NCBI GenBank assembly: GCA_035569395.1
Contig: DATMNC010000063.1
Coordinates: 91,059-155,058 of the forward strand
DNA length: 64,000 nt
Reading direction: 5' to 3'
Source: Thermoanaerobaculia bacterium
GTDB lineage: Bacteria > Acidobacteriota > Thermoanaerobaculia > Gp7-AA8
Below the pieces are notes generated by a model. That model had not been told where the DNA came from. It was given only the letters and a program-made list of their open reading frames with translations, and searched no databases. This document shows, piece after piece, positions 10,749 to 19,408 of the stretch. The first letter of the stretch is position 1; every line of letters begins with the position of its first letter. The translations under genes were made by a program, and so were the position numbers.

Positions 10749-11750
10749 TTACGGTGCCGCCTCGGCTTTCAACGACCTCGTCATCAGCCGCTGCAACGCC
10801 GTTCGCGGCGACTGGCCCTGGTGCAGCACGCCATACATCTCGGAGGTGATGGGCATCTCAATGCCATGCCGGTCCGCCAACTCCTTGGCTGCCTTCGATG
10901 TCCTCACCCCCTCGGCGACGGTGCGCGATTCAGACAGGATCTCGGCGAGAGGCTTCCCTTTGCCGAGGGCCACACCCACGCTCCGGTTGCGTGACAGGGA
11001 GCCGGTGCAGGTCAGAACGAGATCGCCCATTCCGGCGAGACCGGCCAGCGTCTCGACGCGCCCGCCGAGGGCGACGGAAAGCTTCGTCACCTCGTGAAGA
11101 CCGCGGGTGATCAGCGCGGCGGTCGTGTTCGACCCCAGTCCGAGGCCTTCGATCACACCGGCGGCGACGGCGATGACGTTCTTCAGCGAGCCGGCCAGCT
11201 CCACGCCGGTGACATCGCTCGAGTTGTAAATGCGAAACGTCGGCGAGGACAAGGCGTGCTGCACCTCTTCGGCGAGCTCCAGATCGAGCGACGCGATGAC
11301 CGCCGCCGTCGGATCGCCGCGCGCCATCTCGAGCGCGAACGTCGGTCCTGACAGCACGGCGAACGAGCGAAGCGAGCGTCCCAATTCGAGCGCCGTCACC
11401 TCCGACATCCGTTGCAGGGTGTCGATCTCGATCCCTTTCGTCGCGCTGACGATGGCTGTCTCACCCCGAAGATGTGGCCGCATCTGAGCCAGGACGCCGC
11501 GGTAGTGGTGGCTCGGCACGATCATGAACATCACATCGCTGAACGCAACGGCCTCGGCGAGCGAGCTCGTAGCATGGACCCTTTGGTCGAGCTCGATGCT
11601 CGGCAAATAGATCGGGTTATGGCGCGTATCCCTGATCTCCGCGGCAACATTCGGATCGTGTGCCCACAGAACGACCTCGTTGCCGCAGCGCGCTGCCACC
11701 GCGGCCACGGCCGTTCCGAACGATCCAGCGCCGATGATCGAGAGCTTCAT
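10749..11750 (-). CDS. gpsA: NAD(P)H-dependent glycerol-3-phosphate dehydrogenase
   Basis: MKLSIIGAGSFGTAVAAV...HNPIYLPSIEL...NRSVGVALGKGK. The true start is the ATG at 11750. The track ORF extends to 12203, across plsY, and that extension is spurious. Confidence 0.9.
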   Translation of the reverse strand: MKLSIIGAGSFGTAVAAVAARCGNEVVLWAHDPNVAAEIRDTRHNPIYLPSIELDQRVHATSSLAEAVAFSDVMFMIVPSHHYRGVLAQMRPHLRGETAIVSATKGIEIDTLQRMSEVTALELGRSLRSFAVLSGPTFALEMARGDPTAAVIASLDLELAEEVQHALSSPTFRIYNSSDVTGVELAGSLKNVIAVAAGVIEGLGLGSNTTAALITRGLHEVTKLSVALGGRVETLAGLAGMGDLVLTCTGSLSRNRSVGVALGKGKPLAEILSESRTVAEGVRTSKAAKELADRHGIEMPITSEMYGVLHQGQSPRTALQRLMTRSLKAEAAP

Positions 11751-12427
11751 TCCTCTTTTCTCCCGTCGGTGCTGCCCATCCCGCCCATCCTGCGTTCCGT
11801 CCCCTGCGCCAGCCGGGAAATGTTGGAGTGATGTTTGAGGATGATGGCCAGCGCGATCAGGGTGCTGATGATGATCGTCCAGAACGGCGCATGGACCAGA
11901 AAGCGAAGAAACAGCGGAATCGACGCCGCGCTGAGAATCGAGGCCAGCGACACGAAGCGTGTGGCGAGTATGACGATCAGAAACACGAGCACACCAGCCG
12001 CGACAGCGATTGGATCGAGCGCCAGAAATACCCCGGTGGCCGTGGCCACCCCTTTTCCGCCGTGGAATCGCAGCCAGGCGGGGTACATGTGCGCGAGCAC
12101 GGCGATCAGTCCCGCCAGCGCGATCCACAGCGACATCGAGTAGAGGGGAGACGTATGCGCCGCGTCCGCAACGAGCGGCCAGTCCGGCCGTCCCACGATC
12201 CATCGCCCCAGGGCGACAGCGGCATAGCCCTTGGCGATGTCGAGAAGCAGGGCGATGATCCCCGGCACTTTCCCAAAGTTCCGGGCGACGTTCGTCGCCC
12301 CGACATTCCGGCTGCCGTGATAGCGAATGTCGGCTCCTGCCACGATCTTCACCACAAGATAACTGAACGGAATCGATCCGATCAGGTACGCAGCGATGAG
12401 GAGGAGGAATGGAAGGGCAGGCCCCAT
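11747..12427 (-). CDS. plsY: glycerol-3-phosphate acyltransferase PlsY
   Basis: YLIGSIPFSYLVVKIV...GSRNVGATNVARNFG...HGGKGVATATG are PlsY motifs. ATGA overlap with gpsA. Confidence 0.9.
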   Translation of the reverse strand: MGPALPFLLLIAAYLIGSIPFSYLVVKIVAGADIRYHGSRNVGATNVARNFGKVPGIIALLLDIAKGYAAVALGRWIVGRPDWPLVADAAHTSPLYSMSLWIALAGLIAVLAHMYPAWLRFHGGKGVATATGVFLALDPIAVAAGVLVFLIVILATRFVSLASILSAASIPLFLRFLVHAPFWTIIISTLIALAIILKHHSNISRLAQGTERRMGGMGSTDGRKEE

Positions 12428-12448
12428 GCGGCGGGTATTGTAGAGCGC

Positions 12449-12970
12449 TCAGCGTGAGGCCAGCCGCTCGACCGCGGCGCGCAACGTCGGCGGATCGATG
12501 GCTGGATACTTGTACAGCGAAGACGCGATCTCTTCGAAAAGCGCTCGCAGCCGATTCGGATCGACCAGACCGTCGCGCACCATCGAATCAACGTCAAGAA
12601 GATCTTTGTGATGAGCGCGCTCGAGCTTCGACAACGCTTGCGTATAGAAATCGAAGTGATAAAAAGAAATCGAGCCCTCGCGAGAAATGAAGGGACTCCG
12701 CTCTTCCCATCCGGGCAGCGCGGGGACGAAGTCGGCGGGCGAGGCCAACTCTACGTTGACGTGCAGACGTTCCTTTACCTCCGGGATCGCGCGAAGGATG
12801 CGATCGTTCTCCGGCACGATGGTGATGTCGACGTCGATCGTACTGACTCGCCATCCGCGAAGCACCGCGCTTGCACCTCCGGCGATGTAGACACGGCCCG
12901 GCTCCCGCGCCTCGGCGGCGATGGCGCGCATGAAGGCGCGAAGCCGTGGTTCCGTTACGGCTTCACGCAT
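12449..12970 (-). CDS. minimal nucleotidyltransferase-fold protein (DUF6036-like, tentative)
   Basis: GGASAVLRGWRVSTIDVDI fits the hG[GS]x9-13DhD nucleotidyltransferase signature. 173 aa. Overlaps the upstream small ORF by 16 nt. Confidence 0.6.
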   Translation of the reverse strand: MREAVTEPRLRAFMRAIAAEAREPGRVYIAGGASAVLRGWRVSTIDVDITIVPENDRILRAIPEVKERLHVNVELASPADFVPALPGWEERSPFISREGSISFYHFDFYTQALSKLERAHHKDLLDVDSMVRDGLVDPNRLRALFEEIASSLYKYPAIDPPTLRAAVERLASR

Positions 12971-13236
12971 TCCGCCGCCCGCTCGAAGCTCACCAGTTTC
13001 CGGATCAACGCGTTGTAGCGCGAATGGGCGGAATCGGAATCCTCTTCGGCCAGCTTCGCGTAGAGCCGGTCCTCGGGGAAGTACGGCGTGTCGTCAGGAA
13101 CGTCAAATCCAATCCGGCGCAGACGCGGCGCGCCAATGAGGACCAGCAGCGAGGGGATCGACTCCACTCCCGACGCAAGATCGCGCAACCCTTCGCGAAT
13201 CAGATCGGCACCGGGAAGAGCGTCGGAGACTTCCAC
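12955..13236 (-). CDS. small hypothetical protein paired with the nucleotidyltransferase
   Basis: The ORF is open to 13296, but that would overlap the upstream PLP-enzyme gene, so I place a likely GTG start at 13236. No recognisable domain. Confidence 0.4.
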   Translation of the reverse strand: MEVSDALPGADLIREGLRDLASGVESIPSLLVLIGAPRLRRIGFDVPDDTPYFPEDRLYAKLAEEDSDSAHSRYNALIRKLVSFERAAECVKP

Positions 13237-13246
13237 GGCCAGCAGT

Positions 13247-14386
13247 TTAGATCCCCGCGAACGCGTTCTCCAGGTCGGCGATGAGGTCATCGACATCCTC
13301 GATGCCGACGGAAATGCGGACCAGGCCGGGGGTGATGCCGAGGCGGGTTCGTGTTTCCAGGGGAACGGACGCGTGCGTCATCGTCTCCGGGTGTGAGATC
13401 AGCGTCTCCACGCCGCCGAGCGATTCGGCGAGGGAGCAGAGGCGGACGCGGTCGAGAAACTTCTTGGCGTTCTCCTTCGAGCCCAACTCGAAGGAGATCA
13501 TCGAGCCGAAGCCGCGCATCTGCCGTTTCGCCAGCTCATGCTGGGGATGATCGGGCAGGCCGGGGTAGTACGTCTTCACCACCTTCGAATGACCGGAGAT
13601 GTACGTCGCCATGGTCCGGCCGTTCTCCTCATGCTGCTTCATCCGGACTGCAAGCGTCTTCACGCCGCGCAGGACGAGCCACGAATCGAACGGCGAAAGG
13701 ATCGCCCCGACGGCGTTCTGAAGGAACCCGATCTGTTCGGCGATGGCGTCGTCGTTCGAAACCACTACCCCGCCCACCGAATCGGAATGGCCGTTGATGA
13801 ACTTCGTCGTGGAGTGGACGACGATGTCCGCGCCGAGCTCGATCGGCCGCTGCAGATAGGGCGAGCAGAAGGTGTTGTCGACCACCACCAGCGCTCCGCC
13901 GGAGTGCGCCAGCTCCGCGCAGGCGGCGATGTCGGTCACCGTCATCATCGGATTCGTCGGCGATTCCAGAAAAACGATCTTCGTATTCGGCCGCAGCGCC
14001 GCGCGGACGTTGGCCACGTGCGACGTGTCGACGTACGTGAACTCGAGACCGAACTTCTCGCAGACCTTGCTGAAGAGACGATAGGAGCCGCCATACATGT
14101 TCTCAGCAGCGACCACGTGATCGCCGGATCGCAGCAGACGGAAGACCGTGTCGGTGGCCGACATACCGGACGCAAAGCAGTGCGCGTGCTTTCCGCCTTC
14201 GAGCGCGGCGAGGTTCGCTTCGAGTACCGATCGCGTCGGGTTTTGCGTGCGCGCGTATTCATAACCCTTGTGCTTGCCGAGCTCCGGCTGCACGTAGGTC
14301 GAAGTCTGGAAGATCGGATAGGTCACCGAACCGGTAACCGGTTCCGGTTCCTGGCCGGCATGGATGCAATCAGTCGAGAAAGCCAT
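13247..14386 (-). CDS. Cys/Met-metabolism PLP enzyme (cystathionine gamma-lyase/synthase family)
   Basis: TDCIHAGQEPEPVTGSV..PIFQTSTY...YARTQNPT...STTKFINGHSD (PLP Lys)...LAESLGGVETLISHP are typical of the MetB/MetC/CGL family. Confidence 0.88.
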   Translation of the reverse strand: MAFSTDCIHAGQEPEPVTGSVTYPIFQTSTYVQPELGKHKGYEYARTQNPTRSVLEANLAALEGGKHAHCFASGMSATDTVFRLLRSGDHVVAAENMYGGSYRLFSKVCEKFGLEFTYVDTSHVANVRAALRPNTKIVFLESPTNPMMTVTDIAACAELAHSGGALVVVDNTFCSPYLQRPIELGADIVVHSTTKFINGHSDSVGGVVVSNDDAIAEQIGFLQNAVGAILSPFDSWLVLRGVKTLAVRMKQHEENGRTMATYISGHSKVVKTYYPGLPDHPQHELAKRQMRGFGSMISFELGSKENAKKFLDRVRLCSLAESLGGVETLISHPETMTHASVPLETRTRLGITPGLVRISVGIEDVDDLIADLENAFAGI

Positions 14387-14418
14387 GGAGGTCCTTTCGA
14401 AGTCTGGGGAAGTGCTCT

Positions 14419-14495
14419 GTTATCCGTTGTCGGTTGCCAGTTGTCGGTTGGTAAGCTTGAACGACCGCCGGCTCCGATAACCGATAACCGACAAC
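14419..14495. repeat. inverted arrays of GTTGTCG / CGATAAC heptamers (element E3)
   Basis: gttatccgttgtcggttgccagttgtcggttgg, a loop, then ccgataaccgataaccgacaac. Lies between two co-directional minus-strand genes, and the right arm touches the stop at 14496. Confidence 0.85.
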
Positions 14496-15455
14496 TCAGT
14501 TGTGCTCCATATCCTTCGCCCACTTCGTATAGATGCCTTTCGACATATAGCGTTCGGCGGCATCGGGGATGATCGTGACGACGCGTTTGCCGGGGCCGAG
14601 TTTTGCAGCCACCTGCACCGCCGCTGCGACATTCGCGCCCGCTGATGATGCCCCCAACACTCCCTCCTCGGCCGCAAGCCTGCGCACCATGACGAAGGCG
14701 GGATCGTCGTAGATCTGGATCACCTCGTCGGCCAGCGACATGTCCAGCACGGGCGGGATGAAAGACGACGCACCGATCCCTTCGACCTCGTGCGGACCGG
14801 CCTCTCCCCCCTTGAGGATCGAGCCCTGCGGCTCGACGACGACGCACCAGCAGGCAGGATTGCGCTCCTTCAGATACCTGGCCACTCCGCTGAACGTCCC
14901 GCCGGTACCGGCACCAGCCAGCCATCCATCGACGCGGCCTTCCATCTGCTCCCAGATCTCGGGACCGGTCGTGGAGTAGTGCGATTCGGTGTTGTAGGGA
15001 TTAGCGAACTGTTGCGGCACGTAGGAGTCGGGAATGGTGCGCGACAACTCCTCGGCCATGGCGATGGCACCCTTCATCCCATCGTCTTTCGGCGTCAGAA
15101 CGACCTGACCGCCGAGGGCCTTCATCACCTCGCGCTTCTCGATGGAGAAATTCTCGGGAACGCAGAGGATGACGTGGTACCCCATGCGCGTGCCCGCCAG
15201 CGCCAATGCGATTCCGGTGTTGCCCGCGGTCGGCTCGATGATCGTGCCGCCCTTGACGATTTTCCCATCGCGCTCGGCGCGCTCGATCATTCCGACGCCG
15301 ATACGGTCCTTGACGGAGAACGCGGGATTGAGAAACTCCAGCTTCACGAAGAGGTCGGCCATGTCCGGACCGGGGATGTTCGCGAGCTGAAGCATCGGCG
15401 TGTTGCCGACGAGATCGAGGATGCTGCGGACAGGTTTGGGGAGTTGGCGGCTCAA
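14496..15455 (-). CDS. cysteine synthase / cystathionine beta-synthase family PLP enzyme
   Basis: LDLVGNTPMLQL...LEFLNPAFSVKDRIG (PLP Lys)...EPTAGNTGIALA...GAGTGGTFSG. The track N-terminus (to 15578) is a translation of the repeat element. I propose the TTG at 15455, but the start is uncertain. Confidence 0.85.
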   Translation of the reverse strand: MSRQLPKPVRSILDLVGNTPMLQLANIPGPDMADLFVKLEFLNPAFSVKDRIGVGMIERAERDGKIVKGGTIIEPTAGNTGIALALAGTRMGYHVILCVPENFSIEKREVMKALGGQVVLTPKDDGMKGAIAMAEELSRTIPDSYVPQQFANPYNTESHYSTTGPEIWEQMEGRVDGWLAGAGTGGTFSGVARYLKERNPACWCVVVEPQGSILKGGEAGPHEVEGIGASSFIPPVLDMSLADEVIQIYDDPAFVMVRRLAAEEGVLGASSAGANVAAAVQVAAKLGPGKRVVTIIPDAAERYMSKGIYTKWAKDMEHN

Positions 15456-15481
15456 GCGGGGCGGGATTGTATACGGGGTTT

Positions 15482-15634
15482 CGCGGTCTCGCGGTTGCGG
15501 GGTCGCGCGGTGGGGTTGGGGGTTACTGGGTTGCTGAGTTGCTGGGCACGTTGACTCAGCAACCTTGCAACCAAGCAACCCAGTAACCGAGCACCAACCG
15601 CGAGACCGCGCAACCCCGAGACCCCCGCAACCGC
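15482..15634. repeat. long compound inverted array (GGTCTCG/GGTTGCG outer, GGTTGCTG inner; element E4)
   Basis: Left: cgcggtctcgcggttgcggggtcgcgcggtggggttgggggttactgggttgctgagttgctggg. Loop: cacgttga. Right: ctcagcaaccttgcaaccaagcaacccagtaaccgagcaccaaccgcgagaccgcgcaaccccgagacccccgcaaccgc. Confidence 0.85.
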
Positions 15635-15664
15635 AAAAAAACGGCGGGCCCGAGAGCCCGCCGT
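15635..15664 (-). terminator. rho-independent terminator of the zinc-ribbon gene
   Basis: The minus strand reads ACGGCGGGC-TCTCGG-GCCCGCCGT followed by TTTTTTT, 24 nt downstream of the stop at 15688. Confidence 0.8.
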
Positions 15665-15687
15665 CGTTGAAGTTATCGAATGAATGT

Positions 15688-16008
15688 CTACGCCCAGCTT
15701 GAAGACCGGGTAGTCGACCGGCGCTGGTTGTAGCAATCGCGGCAATAGACAGGTTTACCGCTGACTGGGGTGAACGGCACTTCGGTCGCGACTCCGCAGC
15801 TATCGCACGTCACACTCACCATCGAACGCTCACGGCCACCGCCGCCGTTTCCGTCGCGCGCGACCTTCCGCTTGTCGCGGCAGTTCTTGCAGCGCTTCGG
15901 CTCGTTCGTGAAACCACGCTCTGAGTAGAAGGCCTGCTCGTTCTTGCTGAACACGAATTCCTGTCCGCAATCGGCGCAGTTGAGAGACTTGTCGTTGAAT
16001 GTGTCCAT
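15688..16008 (-). CDS. double CxxC zinc-ribbon protein
   Basis: CADCGQEFVFSKNEQAFYSERGF..PKRCKNC and CDSCG...PVYCRDC are two zinc-ribbon modules. AGGAGA sits 8 nt upstream of the ATG. Confidence 0.75.
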   Translation of the reverse strand: MDTFNDKSLNCADCGQEFVFSKNEQAFYSERGFTNEPKRCKNCRDKRKVARDGNGGGGRERSMVSVTCDSCGVATEVPFTPVSGKPVYCRDCYNQRRSTTRSSSWA

Positions 16009-16306
16009 GAACCTTGATCTCCTAAGTTGTTCCTTGTTCGTACAATCAGATGGTGATGCCGCAGCTCAGAGTGTGTGCGGGGTGCCGCGACCTCGCCCCC
16101 GCTTTGGTGCTTCACAAGCGAAATCGGATCGGTCGACCAGCCTCCCTTCGGTAACGAACACAGCACGCCCCCAGAACGCTCTGTCGCGGTTCATGGAAGT
16201 GTTTTAGCCCTGGATTCGTTGGTCCGCCTTTTAGCATAGATGTCCAGTCCAGGCAACGAATTAGGCCTTGCTCAAAATAAGTTGATCAACGTATTGACCA
16301 TTGATC

Positions 16307-17140
16307 ATGGAACATCAGATTCGTATCGGACCGGCCGGATGGAGCTACAAGGATTGGGAGGGGGTCGTCTATCCGCCTCATCGCTCGAAGTTCGATCAAC
16401 TCGCCTATCTGGCGTCGTTCTTCAACACCATCGAGATCAACTCGCCGTTCTATCGAATCCCGCCGCCAACCCATGCGAAGTCGTGGGTTCGCCGCGTGGC
16501 CGCCAATCCCGATTTCAAGTTCACCACGAAGGTCTTTCGCGGCTTCACTCACGACTCCTCGGAGCTCGCCCCTGGAGACGTGAAGGCGTTCCGCGACTAT
16601 CTCGATCCCCTGGCGGATGCGAGCCGCCTGGGTGCCGTTCTGCTGCAGTACCCCTGGAGCTTCCGGAACAGCGAAGAATCACGCGGCAAGCTGACGAAGC
16701 TCTTCGCTGATCTCGACGGCTTTCCGCTCGCTCTGGAAGTGCGGCACTCCACGTTTCAAAACGACGAGTTCTTCCAATTCCTGAACGAGCACAACGTAGC
16801 CTGGGTGAACGTCGACCAGCCGCTCTTTCACGATTCCGTAAAGCCGGCCGGCGTCACCACCGGGCCGATCGGCTACGCCCGCTTACACGGACGCAACTAC
16901 GAGAAGTGGTTCGCGCACGGCGAGAGTTGGGAGCGCTACAACTATCTCTATTCGAAAGAAGAGCTTGCGCCCTGGGTCGATCGCATTCAGACGATGGCGC
17001 AGTCGAAGGAGACGTACGTCGTGACGAACAACCACTTCCGCGGCCAAGCCATCGTCAACGCCGTGGAGTTGGAGGAGTCCGTTGGGATGGAGGCGAAGAT
17101 GCCTCCGCGGTTGAAAGAAATTTATCCGGGCAGAGCGTAG
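16307..17140 (+). CDS. DUF72 family protein
   Basis: IRIGPAGWSYKDWEGVVYP...FNTIEINSPFYRIP is a typical DUF72 (UPF0759) N-terminus. I prefer the ATG at 16307 to the TTG at 16301. Confidence 0.85.
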   Translation: MEHQIRIGPAGWSYKDWEGVVYPPHRSKFDQLAYLASFFNTIEINSPFYRIPPPTHAKSWVRRVAANPDFKFTTKVFRGFTHDSSELAPGDVKAFRDYLDPLADASRLGAVLLQYPWSFRNSEESRGKLTKLFADLDGFPLALEVRHSTFQNDEFFQFLNEHNVAWVNVDQPLFHDSVKPAGVTTGPIGYARLHGRNYEKWFAHGESWERYNYLYSKEELAPWVDRIQTMAQSKETYVVTNNHFRGQAIVNAVELEESVGMEAKMPPRLKEIYPGRA

Positions 17141-17171
17141 CAGTTGATGACCAGCGTCCTGCAACTTGCAA

Positions 17172-17203
17172 GCGCGGGCGGGACGCCCGCGGTCCCAGGG
17201 GGG
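17172..17203. repeat. GC-rich 32-nt palindromic element, copy 1
   Basis: gcgcgggcgggacgcccgcggtcccagggggg. A second, inverted copy lies at 28885..28916 (about 28/32 identical). Confidence 0.7.
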
Positions 17204-17282
17204 CCAGGAGTCTGCGCGGCAGAACGATCTAGCGGAGATGGTGGCCGAGCCTTGGGCAACCAGCGCCGCCGGCCGTGCCGGC

Positions 17283-17810
17283 CTACCGCGCCACGAACGC
17301 CGGCATCGGGCCCAGCGCTCGCGCAAGGTTCACGTGCCCGGCGAGCGTCTCGGCTGGCTCGTCGTTCACCAGAATCCGCACGCGCTTCGCTTCGGGAAAA
17401 TTCGTGGTGACCGTCTGCACGACCGAATAGACGGCCATCAGCTCCTCATGACTGCCGGTGCCCCATCCCTGCGACAAGGTGTTGCCGCCGAGGTCGACGA
17501 AGGCAGTGCCGTCGGGGAGGAGAAACGCGCCGCGGACGACGGTATCACGTGGAAAAACCGCCGGAACCCCGGCGTTGGCCGATCCCTTCAGCAATTCGCG
17601 GGCAACGACCGAAAGCGCGCCGGCGGGGTTCTCCGGCAGCGCCACGTTACGCGTCTCGCGCACGAGGAGCATCTCCGGCCCTTCGAAGAAAAGCGTCACA
17701 GGGCGGACGGCGACCTTGTTCTCGACATTGAGGTTCTGGGTGAGCGCCCTCTTCTGACATCCCCCCGCGACCGCCAGAATCGCCAGCGACAGCATCGCCG
17801 CCCTGCGCAC
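17283..17810 (-). CDS. GerMN-domain lipoprotein
   Basis: Lipobox LAVAGGC. A GerMN-like body (VTLFF...LVRETR...ELLKG...GTAFVDL...AVYSVVQTV). GTG start 1 nt into the amidase stop. Confidence 0.75.
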   Translation of the reverse strand: MRRAAMLSLAILAVAGGCQKRALTQNLNVENKVAVRPVTLFFEGPEMLLVRETRNVALPENPAGALSVVARELLKGSANAGVPAVFPRDTVVRGAFLLPDGTAFVDLGGNTLSQGWGTGSHEELMAVYSVVQTVTTNFPEAKRVRILVNDEPAETLAGHVNLARALGPMPAFVAR

Positions 17811-19408
17811 TACGTCCCCGTCCTCGTCGTAGCTGCTTTTGTGATGGTGGTGGGTGCCGTGGGTGCGGTCGTCGTCGGAGCGGCAGGGGGTGTCGGCGGC
17901 TGGGCGATACCGATGCGCGTTTCGTAGTCGATCTTGTAGCGCTCCACCGCTTTCGTCAGCGCCTCGACGACCGTGGCCTGGAACGTATCGGACTTGATTT
18001 TCAACTCTTCGTCGGGGTTGGTGATGAATGCGACCTCAACCAGCGCGGCAGGCATGGTGGCCCCGACCAGTACTTTGAAGGGTGCCTGCTTCACCCCTCG
18101 GCTCTGGATGCCGGTGATGCGGTTCATCTCCTCCTGAACGGCCTGGGCCAGGCGGTTCGACTCGTTGAGGTACTCCTGCTGCGCCAGATCCCACAGCATC
18201 AGTTTCAGATCGCTCGACGCGGCCGGCGCGGCGCTGTTTTTGGCCGCGTTCTCAACCTCGGCGGCCTTCTCGGCCAGTTTGTCCGAGGCATCCAGGGATA
18301 GGAAATACGTCTCCGCACCGTGTGCTCCTTTGACGATGGCCGCGTTCATGTGCACGGAAAGAAAAAGATCGGCGTGGTACTGATTGGCGATCGCCGTGCG
18401 CTGATCGAGCGGGACGACGGTGTCGTCGTTCCGGGTCAGAATCACCCGCGTCTTCAGCTTTGCCTCGAGCGCGGCGGCCAGCCGGCGGCAGAGCGTCAGC
18501 GTGGCGTCTTTTTCCAAAAGGCCGCCGGGACCGATGGCGCCGACCTCCTTACCGCCGTGGCCGGGGTCGATGACGATGGTGTGGATGCCGGGTGATTCGA
18601 CCGGCTTCGGCGACGTGAGCGGCTGCGGCGTCCCCGGGCCCGATGCCGCGCCCTTACGAAGATCGAGAACGATCCGGAACGGGTTCTCGAGCCGATAGGC
18701 ATCGCCGACGACGTCCGGCGCGGTGAGCTGGATGCGCAGGTCGTTGCCGATGAATGAGGTCTTGGCCACGTACGGATCGTCGTGAGCCTGCTCGACGTAG
18801 GGTGCGCGAATGGCACTCCGGAACCGGATCGTGTACGCGCCCGTCTCCTTGACGATGGTGTAGTCGGCAGGCGCGGTGAGGGTCAGGACGACTTTCGAAA
18901 TCCCCTGCACGTTGGCGACGGAGACCTGCACGGTGACCGCGGTCGTCTGCGCCGGATGCACTTGAAGAAGGCGCCCGGCCGGGTCCCATGTCACCTCGAG
19001 TGCCGAGGCCCGGACCAGGAATCCCTGGAAAAACTGCCACGGCACGAACGGGCGGTTGTCGATCGTGATCGGTGCCACCGGCATTTCGATCAGCTCGTCT
19101 TTGACCACCCCGAACCGGCTGTCGGTCCCGAAGGCAGCCACGGTGTTGTTGAACGTAGCCTTGAAGCCGTTGCCGTCGCGCGTTACCGATCCGCCGAGGG
19201 CGGCCATCGCCTCATCCGCGGCAAAGAAGGTCTGGCCATTCTGATGCGCGACAGTGATGACGTGATCGCCGTTCGCCGCGCGCACGGTGGCCTGATTGGC
19301 CGGGTTCGGCGGAGCGGCGGCCGGTGTCGGGGCCTGCGCGAGGAGGAGCAGTGCGGAAGAGAACGCGATCGCCAGGAGACCAAGAGAGCGAGGCATAGTG
19401 CCAGTCAT
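17810..19408 (-). CDS. N-acetylmuramoyl-L-alanine amidase (Amidase_3, AmiC-like with AMIN-type N-domains)
   Basis: IVIDPGHGGKEVGAIG...LFLSVHMNA...GAETYFLS...APFKVLVGATMPAALVEVAFITNPDE. Confidence 0.88.
   Translation of the reverse strand: MTGTMPRSLGLLAIAFSSALLLLAQAPTPAAAPPNPANQATVRAANGDHVITVAHQNGQTFFAADEAMAALGGSVTRDGNGFKATFNNTVAAFGTDSRFGVVKDELIEMPVAPITIDNRPFVPWQFFQGFLVRASALEVTWDPAGRLLQVHPAQTTAVTVQVSVANVQGISKVVLTLTAPADYTIVKETGAYTIRFRSAIRAPYVEQAHDDPYVAKTSFIGNDLRIQLTAPDVVGDAYRLENPFRIVLDLRKGAASGPGTPQPLTSPKPVESPGIHTIVIDPGHGGKEVGAIGPGGLLEKDATLTLCRRLAAALEAKLKTRVILTRNDDTVVPLDQRTAIANQYHADLFLSVHMNAAIVKGAHGAETYFLSLDASDKLAEKAAEVENAAKNSAAPAASSDLKLMLWDLAQQEYLNESNRLAQAVQEEMNRITGIQSRGVKQAPFKVLVGATMPAALVEVAFITNPDEELKIKSDTFQATVVEALTKAVERYKIDYETRIGIAQPPTPPAAPTTTAPTAPTTITKAATTRTGT

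Noticed and set aside
11751-12203. N-terminal extension of the gpsA ORF
   Set aside because: It overlaps plsY out of frame, and the canonical MKLSIIGAGSFG start lies at 11750.
16009-16300. 290-nt gap upstream of the zinc-ribbon gene as a possible riboswitch or ncRNA
   Set aside because: I could not find a convincing conserved motif or stable structure by eye. It may simply be the divergent promoter region plus a long leader.
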